This document shows positions 11,238-19,760 of a stretch of DNA of 64,000 nt, piece by piece; the first letter of the stretch is position 1, and every line of letters begins with the position of its first letter. The position numbers and the translations under genes were made by a program. This DNA is from Candidatus Poribacteria bacterium (lineage in GTDB: Bacteria; Poribacteria; WGA-4E; JAJDTR01): positions 224,001 through 288,000 of the forward strand of contig CBDCTK010000002.1 of the NCBI GenBank assembly GCA_965222225.1, given 5' to 3'. A model generated the notes under the pieces. It did not search any database, had not been told where the DNA came from, and was given only the letters and a program-made list of their open reading frames with translations.

Positions 11238-12215
11238 ATGGGATTCAAGGCGATACCTAGATGTCTACTATTTTTGGTGCTGTGCGTCTGTCTGACCATT
11301 GGGGGATTGTGGTTAAGAAACGCACTCGCCTCCAACACAGGTCGAATTGTTTTTACATCCGTTAGAGATGGCAACCTTGAAATCTATGTAATGGATGCCG
11401 ATGGAGGAAACCAAGAAAACCTGACAAACCATCCAGCGTACGACTATTATCCGGATTGGTCTCCCGACGGAACGAAAATTGCATTCGTTTCCGACCGAAA
11501 CGGCGACCGTACTCAAATCTACGTAATGGACGCCGATGGAAAGAACGTGATTAGATTAACAGATGGACCCGGGCAGAAGTATGATCCGGACTGGTCTCCC
11601 GATGGGCGTAAGATTGCGTTCTCCGTCCACGGTTGGGACCTCCATATCGCCGTGATGGATGCCGATGGCGGCAATCGTGAGAAGCTTGAAAACCAGGCGA
11701 GGTATCCATCATGGTCTCCGGATGGAAAACAGATTGCATTCCTGTCCTCGAGAGATGGAGGCAATGAAATTTACGTGACAGGCATTGGCGGGCAGTGGCG
11801 TAAAAGGTTGACGCGAAATTTAGCGCCTAAACAGCACCCATCGTTTTCTCCCGATGGGCGGTGGATAGCATACGAGGCGCATCACAAAGAATTCCATCAC
11901 ATCTATGTGGTGGGTGCGGATGGCAGAAATCGGGTTAGGCTTACCCACAATGAAGAACATCATTCAGGCCCCGCATGGACTCCCGACGGACGGATGATTG
12001 CATATTATGTCTGGGACGGCATCGGGCCCGGAAATTTTCACGGCACGATTCACTTGATGACCGCCGATGGAAGATATCTAAAGCAACTTAGCGATGTCCA
12101 TGATGCGCGCGATTTCGAGCCCGATATTAGCCCGCTAGGATTAGCTGTGTCCCCCACTTCCAACAAAAGCACAACTTGGGGCCAGCTTAAGAAAACTTCA
12201 TCCAGTTTCCGGTAG
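11238..12215 (+). CDS. Secreted TolB-like PD40 beta-propeller protein
   Basis: RBS aggagg, signal peptide ending NALA, repeated P-x-W/F-S-P-D-G motifs, C-terminal LAVSPTSNKSTTWGQLKK. Confidence 0.9.
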   Translation: MGFKAIPRCLLFLVLCVCLTIGGLWLRNALASNTGRIVFTSVRDGNLEIYVMDADGGNQENLTNHPAYDYYPDWSPDGTKIAFVSDRNGDRTQIYVMDADGKNVIRLTDGPGQKYDPDWSPDGRKIAFSVHGWDLHIAVMDADGGNREKLENQARYPSWSPDGKQIAFLSSRDGGNEIYVTGIGGQWRKRLTRNLAPKQHPSFSPDGRWIAYEAHHKEFHHIYVVGADGRNRVRLTHNEEHHSGPAWTPDGRMIAYYVWDGIGPGNFHGTIHLMTADGRYLKQLSDVHDARDFEPDISPLGLAVSPTSNKSTTWGQLKKTSSSFR

Positions 12216-12322
12216 TTTACGGCTACCTTCTGAAATCCGATGACTAACCACATCACTTGTATACGGCCAAAAAGCTGGCTGAAGAACTCCTCGGTCAGTA
12301 GTTGACCAAGGAGAGTTATCCT

Positions 12323-12634
12323 ATGAAAGGCCGTAAAACCCTAATGAGAAGCCATTTGAGGCGAATGGCAAAGCGGAAAGTGTCGGACTTTCTTCTTCGT
12401 GAAGAGGGGATGGTGGGCAACCGCAGCGCCTTTGCAACGGCGGCATTGGTTAGCACAACCGCTCTGGCAGCGACTCTGCTTGTTGCCGCGGACGCCGAAG
12501 CGCACGACAACCTCCCGCATTGCCCCGTAGGGAATGGTCACTGAAACGTGGGCCAGTTCTGTTGCAAGTGGTACAATTGGGACGAAGCAATGTGGAACTG
12601 GGATTGCCGTCTAGTTGGTGCCGCTTGTCCTTGA
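12323..12634 (+). CDS. Cys-rich secreted peptide precursor 1 with in-frame TGA at 12542-12544 (selenocysteine or nonsense mutation)
   Basis: RBS aaggag; 60-aa leader ending ADAEA. Reading through TGA gives core HDNLPHCPVGNGH(U)NVGQFCCKWYNWDEAMWNWDCRLVGAACP, 103 aa total versus 100 aa for the paralog. Confidence 0.75.
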
Positions 12635-12644
12635 TTAACATTTG

Positions 12645-12988
12645 GCACATGGGTCATCCTGAATTATTCAAGATCCTGTTGTTTACTCATGTCACGTTTT
12701 TACCCTTCTCATCCATCAGTTGGCAAGCCGGCGATTAAGCGCTCAAACCATGAGCACGTGAATTTGCCCCGCTGATTGTTTTGCGTCTTATTTGCCCATT
12801 CGCTGACGCCATGGGAGAGGGTTGGCATTTGTCAATGTGCACGGAGGTTGAAAATTTGGGATGACCTATGCTTTTGATTCTCATCATTACGACATATAAG
12901 CAAAACCCTCGTACGTCCGATGCTTGTTGGTTGCTTATTTTTTGTGAGAATCAAATCGGGGAATTAACTCCTCCGGTTTGTGCCGCAA
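12645..12988 (+). ncRNA. Putative structured 3' element, copy 1 (two long hairpins)
   Basis: catgggtcatcc (12648-12659) pairs with ggatgacctatg (12859-12870); tttgattctca (12873-12883) pairs with tgagaatcaaa (12945-12955). Conserved in copy 2. Confidence 0.5.
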
Positions 12989-13119
12989 TCGGTTGGCTTT
13001 TTTGTCAATCCAAAACTAGGTGGTGTAATCATCAATTTTGATGATTTTCCCGGCTCTTCAGAGTTAAGTGCGAAAATGAAATTAATTTAGGACTTGCGCG
13101 GTGAAGCCTCCAAGATATT

Positions 13120-13173
13120 GTAGGAGCGATCTCCAAATGGCAACCTCCTATCGCGCGCGAAACGCGCTCCTAC
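13120..13173. repeat. GTAG-type REP-like hairpin
   Basis: gtaggagcg ... cgctcctac inverted repeat in an intergenic region. Confidence 0.55.
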
Positions 13174-13461
13174 GGACGACGTGAAATAAACTGCGCTAGT
13201 ACAAACCGAATCGTGTTAATCCTATATGCATAGTTCCTGGTTGAAATGACCATATGTATCCAAATCTCGGTAGAAAGGACTCTGTAGTTGGAAATATCAA
13301 GCAGTTTTGTCAAGGGTGTATGCATCGAAGCATTCAGAGACATATCGAGTATCATTGCAATCAGCTTGGACCAATAGTGCAAACACGTGTTTCGTGTAGC
13401 AAGTTCTATTTCCACACTTAACCTTGAAGAACCAACAATTATAACCTAAGGCGGGAGAAAA

Positions 13462-14439
13462 ATGCGATTCAAACTGACACCGAGATTTATGCTGTTTGCG
13501 GTTCTGTGCGTCTGTCTAACTAGTGAGGAGCTGTGGTTGAAAAACGCACTCGCGTCCAACACAGGTCGAGTTGTTTTTACATCCTTGAGAGATGGCAACC
13601 TTGAAATCTATTTAATGGATGCCTATGGAGGAAACCAAGAAAACCTGACGAACCATCCAGCGTATGACGGCCAACCGGATTGGTCTCCCGACGGAACGAA
13701 GATTGCATTCGTTTCCGGTAGAGACGGCGATAGTTCTCAAATCTACGTCATGGACGCCGACGGAAAGAACGTGATTAGACTCACGGAGGGACGGGGGACG
13801 AAGGGGCATCCGGACTGGTCTCCCGATGGGCGAAAGATTGCGTTCTCCGTCGACCATCGGGAAGATTATATCGCCGTGATGGATCCCGATGGTAGGAATC
13901 GCTAGAAGCTTGTAGATCAGGCAGGGTTTCCATCATGGTCACCGGATGGAAAACGGATTGCATTCATGTCCGGGAGAGATGGAGCCAATGAACTTTACGT
14001 GATAGGTGTTGGCGGACTGCGGCATAGAAGGGTGACACACGATTTAGCGCCTAAATTGGACCCATCGTTTTCTCCCGACGGACGGCGGATAGCATACGAG
14101 GCGCATCATGAAGGATTCCATCACATCTATGTGGTGGGTGCGGATGGTAGAAATCGGGTGAGGCTCACGCACAATGAAGAAGGTCATTCGGGACCCGCGT
14201 GGACTCCCGACGGACGGATGATTACATATTATGTCGCGGCCGGAATCTGGCCCGGAAATTTTCGCGCCACGATTCACTTGGTGGCCTCCGATGGAAGATA
14301 TATTAGGCAACTTAGCGATGGCGATAATGCGCGCGATTTCGAGCCCGATATTAGCCCGCTAGGATTAGCTGTGACTCCTGCTTCTAATATAAACACAACT
14401 TGGGGCCAGCTTAAGAAAACTTCGTCCAGTTTCCGGTAG
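13462..14439 (+). pseudogene. TolB-like PD40 propeller, paralog of 11238-12215, with in-frame TAG
   Basis: TAG at 13903-13905 where the paralog has GAG (cgctagaagctt vs cgtgagaagctt). The frame continues to LAVTPASNINTTWGQLKK. Confidence 0.85.
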
Positions 14440-14546
14440 TTTACGCCTACCTTCTGAAATCCGATGACTAACCACAGCACTTGTATACGGCCAAAAGGCT
14501 GGCTGAAGAACTCCTCGGTCAGTAGTTGACCAAGGAGAGTTATCCT

Positions 14547-14849
14547 ATGAAAGGCCGTAAAACCCTAATGAGAAGCCATTTGAGGCGAATGGCAAAGCGG
14601 AAAGTGTCGGACTTTCTTCTTCGTGAAGAGGGGATGGTGGGCAACCGCAGCGCCTTTGCAACGGCGGCATTGGTTAGCACAACCGCTCTGGCAATGACTC
14701 TACTTGTTAGTCCGGACACCGAGGCCCATCTTTGCCCAAACATACCAGGCCCAGAGAATTGCGGTCCTCACGGAACCTGTCTCTACTGCATCCCCGGCGA
14801 GATCTGTGGTGTCATGCCGGGCAATCAATGGTATTGCTTTAATCCGTAA
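14547..14849 (+). CDS. Cys-rich secreted peptide precursor 2
   Basis: First 49 codons identical to precursor 1; leader ends PDTEA; 40-aa six-Cys core HLCPNIPGPENCGPHGTCLYCIPGEICGVMPGNQWYCFNP. Confidence 0.85.
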   Translation: MKGRKTLMRSHLRRMAKRKVSDFLLREEGMVGNRSAFATAALVSTTALAMTLLVSPDTEAHLCPNIPGPENCGPHGTCLYCIPGEICGVMPGNQWYCFNP

Positions 14850-14855
14850 AATTTA

Positions 14856-15112
14856 GCACATAGGTCATCCTGACTTATTCAGAATCCTGTTGTTTATTCA
14901 TGTTACGTTTTTACCCTTCTGATTTGCAGGTGCGATGAGAGAGGGTTGGCATTTGTCAACGTGCACGGAGATTGATAATTTGGGATGACCTATGCTTCTG
15001 ATTCTCATCATTACGACATAGAAGGAAAAGCCTCGTTAGTCCGACGCCGGTCGGTTGCTTATTTTTTGTGAGAATCAAATCGGGGAATTAACTCCTCTGG
15101 TTTGTGCCGCAA
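14856..15112 (+). ncRNA. Putative structured 3' element, copy 2
   Basis: cataggtcatcc (14859-14870) is the exact reverse complement of ggatgacctatg (14983-14994); tgattctca (14999-15007) pairs with tgagaatca (15069-15077). Confidence 0.5.
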
Positions 15113-15564
15113 AAGGAGGGTCTGAAATCTATGCGATGGATAGCAACGGCAACAATCAGGAAAGGCTTACCCATGATTTGGAGGAAAAAGATAATCCATC
15201 GTGGTCTCCCGACGGTCAATGGATTGCGTTTGACTCGTACAGAAACAAGGTGTATCACATCTATGTCGTGAAGACAGACGGCAGCGGTCGGACAAGTAGA
15301 CTAACGCGCAGGCGACAGGATCATTCGCATCCTGCATGGTCGCCGGACGGCGACACGATTGCCTACACGATACGGGAGCCCGGCGGTTTTAGGACGATCA
15401 ACTTGATGGCTCGGAATGGCAGGCACTTAAAACAACTCTCCAAGGCAGATTTCTATTCCGCCGATCCCGATTGGTTTGACCCGACAGCATGGTCTGTGTC
15501 TCCAGTCGCGAGTTTTGTCACTATCTGGGGCGAGATTAAAGCGCCGCCAGCGGGTCGTCGATGA
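15113..15564 (+). pseudogene. 5'-truncated TolB-like PD40 protein
   Basis: Begins abruptly at GGSEIYAMDS where homology of the 3' element ends; no signal peptide; PSWSPDG repeats; C-terminal WSVSPVASFVTIWGEIKA. Confidence 0.75.
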
Positions 15565-15616
15565 TGTGTGCGGCCCTATCGAGAAATTCCGCTTATTTGC
15601 AAGCAAGGAGGAAAAA

Positions 15617-16603
15617 ATGTCATTTAGCGCCAGACGATTCTTGACTACAATGTTCATCGTCTCTCTGTGTATCCAGATGCACATTGCAACAGACGGTTAC
15701 GCCTCTCGCAGAACCAAGATAGCCTTCGCCTCTAGCAGAGACGGGAATTTGGAAATTTATGTCATGGATGGCGACGGGAGAAACCAGAGAAGAGTAACGG
15801 TAAATCCGGCAAGGGACGAATATCCGGCATGGTCTCCCGATGGCAAAAAGATTGCGTTTGAATCCAATCGAAACAATGTAAACAAAGATCACAGGCAAAT
15901 TTGGGTGATCGACGCCGACGGGAAGAACCCGATTAGACTGACGGACGGGTTGGTGGACTCTTATCCGGATTGGTCGCCAGACGGCACGAAAATTGTGTAC
16001 GACGCCCATCTTCATCCAGAGGAACATCATGTAGCCCCCGCCGGGATTACTGTAATGGATGCGGATGGGAACAACAAGAGACTACTTACGGGTGAAGGCG
16101 CACATCCGACCTGGTCGCCCGATAGCAAAAGGATAGCATTTATCTCCAGTAAAAATCCTGGTGACGACTCTCAAATTTACGTAATGGATGTCGACGGACG
16201 AAATCGGTTGCAGTTAACGCATGACCCTGTGCACAAACGTTTGCCATCATGGTCACACGACGGGAAGCGCATCGCGTATGTGGGCGATAACGTGATTTGG
16301 GTGGTGGATAGCGACGGAGAGAATCCGAGGCAACTCACGTGGCATGTTACGGAAGAGCACCCTACATGGTCACCGGACAGTGGATCCATCGCGTTTCACT
16401 CGTTTGGAAGGGATGGATTTGTTGGGATTTACACGGTGGATGTAACTAACGGCGCTGTCGACGCTTTGGCTTTGCTAGGTAATCCCAATTTCGGGAATTA
16501 CGATCCGGATTGGCTATATCCCGGAGAACTCTCGGTTTCGCCGGAGGGCATCCGGATTACAATTTGGGGCAGGCTGAAGAAACTCGCGCCCAACCTCCGA
16601 TGA
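15617..16603 (+). CDS. Secreted TolB-like PD40 beta-propeller protein
   Basis: RBS aaggagg, signal peptide, multiple PAWSPDG-type repeats, C-terminal LSVSPEGIRITIWGRLKK. Confidence 0.9.
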   Translation: MSFSARRFLTTMFIVSLCIQMHIATDGYASRRTKIAFASSRDGNLEIYVMDGDGRNQRRVTVNPARDEYPAWSPDGKKIAFESNRNNVNKDHRQIWVIDADGKNPIRLTDGLVDSYPDWSPDGTKIVYDAHLHPEEHHVAPAGITVMDADGNNKRLLTGEGAHPTWSPDSKRIAFISSKNPGDDSQIYVMDVDGRNRLQLTHDPVHKRLPSWSHDGKRIAYVGDNVIWVVDSDGENPRQLTWHVTEEHPTWSPDSGSIAFHSFGRDGFVGIYTVDVTNGAVDALALLGNPNFGNYDPDWLYPGELSVSPEGIRITIWGRLKKLAPNLR

Positions 16604-16802
16604 TTTGCGTCTACTTTGCTGAAATCCTACGACTAGCCAAGGACAATTGATTAAAGTATGAGAACCAGATCGTTTTACGTCATAACGTTACGCGCCAATG
16701 CGAAGAAGAAAGATTTGATAAAGTTGGCTCAGAGTTAAGTGTGGAAAATGAAATTAACTCAGGACTCACGCAGTCGATCACTCAAATCTACCTAGTTCTG
16801 CA

Positions 16803-16830
16803 GTAGGGAATAACGATCGTTATTCCCTAC
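16803..16830. repeat. GTAG-type REP-like perfect palindrome
   Basis: gtagggaataacgatcgttattccctac. Confidence 0.75.
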
Positions 16831-17677
16831 AAAAGCCTTATCGCAACATCCTATTGCCGAGGGGCACGATTTGCCAAGCGACCGCTGCCGCCAATCGCGC
16901 TGCCACGGCCGAACTTACGGAGCTGGAATGCGAAGAGATTCGTACTCGCGCATGGCAATACCTCGAAGATTTCGACTACAAGAGTTTTATTTAAACCGGT
17001 AGCACGAGCAACGCATCATTGTCTATCAAGTAACACTCGACATTGCGCTTCTCTGGAGCGCGGGAATTTGGACATACCGCATTCTATCAACATGCCAATC
17101 CTCTGGATCGAAAGAATGGACTCTACAAGTGACAAGTGTTACGTGCAGAAAGAATAATTCCGACAGGGGTAATGGCGCGCTCTCAACTTTATGGTGAAAT
17201 ATCACGGCTTGTGGTTGCTCAAACTGGACATTACAAGCACAATTCGTCCGCTGAGACCTGTTAACACCCGCCAACCTCCGCCGACCTCAATGTCAATTTC
17301 TGATGCGTTAAGCCAAGCCAACCAAATTCAGCAATTCCTCTCCCTTTTTGCTCCGTTCCTTTGTTGACAGTTCAACAAAAATCATTGGCAACTTTTGGTA
17401 TGCTCATTCGATTTTTGCTTTAGGCTTGCTGTTTAAGACTTAAGTTTCACGTTCCTTGAGTTAGGGTTCATCGCGTTGGCTTCGGGGACGCCTTCGGGCA
17501 ATCTCCTTTCATACAGCAAATCGATTCCCGTTTGAATGGTCTCCACTTTTTCTATAGACATCGGAGATTAGCATGGAGTAAGATAGAAGCCAAGCCAGCT
17601 ACAGACCGATGCGTACAATGGACGTTCCCGCATCAGTCTGCGTCTGTCGATGACGTTCTAATGTTGAGGAGGACATT

Positions 17678-18625
17678 ATGAAGTTAACTCAAGATCAACT
17701 TGACGCCTTTCATCGCGACGGTTATATCATGGTCGAGGATCTGTTCGATCCCGATGCAATGACAGCCGCTTTACGTGATATGGAGCACATCTTCTACGGC
17801 AAATCCTTCGCTGATTATCTCGCGGATGTGGACAAAACCGGGGAAGCAGATTCCGTGGAACCGACGGTTTCCAATGTTGTTGCGCATTACGGTGATACGG
17901 AACATGGGCGCGCGCAGTTTCCAACAGGATTTGATGCGCTAGATCGGCTCATCGAGAACGAAGATTATCTCGACGTGTTTGCTCAGTGCCTCGGCACGGA
18001 TGATGCGAGCTACTGTAACGCCCACCTCTTCATGCGGTCGGGGCCCACGGACAAGCGCTACCCCGAACACCCGTGGCAAGGTTATCACGCCGATCACGGC
18101 ACCAATACCTTCTTGCCGCTAAGCAAGGCGATCGGTTCGTTTGATTATGTCAATAGCGGCGTCTATCTCCACGATGTTGATGATGACGGCGCGCCTATGC
18201 ACGTTATTCCCGGTTCGCATCGACAAGCGGCAGATGTATACCTGCGATCGGAAGGTGGAATGGACGACATCCGGAAAGTTCCGGAGTTTGCCGAGCCGGT
18301 ACCTACGACAGCCAAGGCGGGCAGTGCTCTATTTTATTCTTCATACCTTGTACACGCCGCTATACCGTTTGAGAACAAACGAAAACAGCGTGCGTTTTGG
18401 ACGCTGTCCATGGCGCGCGGTGACACGAGTCGGTGGACCAAACTTGCGAATCCGTGGAGCGGACCGGAGCAACAATTCTTTAAGCCATTTTGGGAAAAGA
18501 CAACCGCGCGGGTTCGTACCCTGTTCGGTTGGCCCGCACCTGCTCACCCATTTTATTCGGAGACAACTTTGAAAGGAATCGCGACGCGGTTTCCCGATAT
18601 GGACCTGACGCCGTACCAAGGGTAA
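17678..18625 (+). CDS. PhyH-family dioxygenase
   Basis: FHRDGY start, YHADH HxD motif, HVIPGSH, LVHAA; RBS gaggagg. Confidence 0.9.
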   Translation: MKLTQDQLDAFHRDGYIMVEDLFDPDAMTAALRDMEHIFYGKSFADYLADVDKTGEADSVEPTVSNVVAHYGDTEHGRAQFPTGFDALDRLIENEDYLDVFAQCLGTDDASYCNAHLFMRSGPTDKRYPEHPWQGYHADHGTNTFLPLSKAIGSFDYVNSGVYLHDVDDDGAPMHVIPGSHRQAADVYLRSEGGMDDIRKVPEFAEPVPTTAKAGSALFYSSYLVHAAIPFENKRKQRAFWTLSMARGDTSRWTKLANPWSGPEQQFFKPFWEKTTARVRTLFGWPAPAHPFYSETTLKGIATRFPDMDLTPYQG

Positions 18626-18675
18626 TGCAAGCGGCGCGTATATCGGCTGTTTGCCATTTTAGCCCGACGTATTGG

Positions 18676-19512
18676 TCATATTCGTGATTCTTGGCTGACA
18701 ACATCTCGAGAAAGCTCGGGGTAGATTTGGTCATGCATCTCAATCGGTTGGTAGAGATGAGCCCTCCGGTTCTCGTCAGCCGTATCAATCATGGTGGCGT
18801 GGTACATTCCTGCGCCAGTCTTGTATTTATAGCCGCCGGGGGCGTGGATGCGCACGTATTCATGCACCCTTTTCAGGTCTTCCGGGTTCTTGGCGTGGCG
18901 TGTACAGTTCATTGTGAACATCCGACGGCGATTTCCGCCGCCAAAAGAGGCGTGATACAGGTCATGATTAAAAATCACGACGTCCCCGGGGTTCGTCTCC
19001 ACGGCAATGTTGCCGGGAAACTCCGACGGCGGGACGCCAAATAGCTCCATGGAATTGTTCACATCGATCTTTTCCTTACGCACGAAATGGTCGGGTCGAT
19101 GGGAACCCGGTATGAACCGCAGAGCGCCGGTGTCACGAGTGAGTGGATCGAGATAGAACGCTGTTTTGGTAGCGAATAACTGACCCCAGCCTCCATCGGG
19201 GTGCCAGCCTGTATCGCCGCTATAATAATTTCCGTCACCGCTGCAGTAGTTGAAGTCTTCACCCAGAATGCCTCCAATGAGACCAAGTATTGCTGGATGG
19301 TCAAGGAGACGACACATGTCGGGATGGCGTTCGATTGGTCCCAGAAACATAGTGCGCGTCGAGCCATCATGATTCTTGCCGCCGGCGCGATTTTGAATTG
19401 ACCATTCAAACACTTCGATAATTTTATTTGTTTCATCCTGTGAAAACAGTTGTGGAATCATCAGATAGCCGAATGTGTCGAAAAAATCCAACTGTTCTTG
19501 AGTCAGTTTCAT
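18676..19512 (-). CDS. PhyH-family dioxygenase, paralog of 2427-3263
   Basis: WHPDG, FIPGSH and YHAS motifs; same 278-aa length as the paralog. Confidence 0.9.
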   Translation of the reverse strand: MKLTQEQLDFFDTFGYLMIPQLFSQDETNKIIEVFEWSIQNRAGGKNHDGSTRTMFLGPIERHPDMCRLLDHPAILGLIGGILGEDFNYCSGDGNYYSGDTGWHPDGGWGQLFATKTAFYLDPLTRDTGALRFIPGSHRPDHFVRKEKIDVNNSMELFGVPPSEFPGNIAVETNPGDVVIFNHDLYHASFGGGNRRRMFTMNCTRHAKNPEDLKRVHEYVRIHAPGGYKYKTGAGMYHATMIDTADENRRAHLYQPIEMHDQIYPELSRDVVSQESRI

Positions 19513-19760
19513 TCGTGTTGTCTCCTTAGGAAACTAGCGTTTATGATTCTCCCAGAATCCCAATTTATGAACTTCGGTTTGCAGCAATGCGGGTGATTGC
19601 ATGTGCCACCAAATAGAATTGACGCGTCATATTGCTCGCGTAGAATTGTGGAAAATATCATCTGAACGAGTACGTCAGTCATTATAATGCAGTCGAGTTT
19701 GAATTACAACGATCTATCATTGTTAAATTCGCGTTTTACAGGAATCAGGAGAAGGATTTT

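Noticed and set aside
4090-13905. Two in-frame TAG codons (4090 and 13903) suggesting amber recoding or pyrrolysine
   Set aside because: 13903 aligns to GAG in the intact paralog, a single G-to-T change. TAG is used as a genuine stop by many genes here (e.g. 12215, 21971, 23057), and the region is full of other lesions.
12323-14849. Peptides as ranthipeptide/lanthipeptide precursors or DGR targets
   Set aside because: No radical SAM, LanM, YcaO, peptidase-ABC transporter or reverse transcriptase in the window, and the cores differ throughout rather than only at adenines. Trans-acting enzymes elsewhere cannot be excluded.
16850-17410. Gene fragments (…EIRTRAWQYLEDFDYKSFI on +; short minus-strand start near 17406)
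   Set aside because: Too fragmentary to assign a product.
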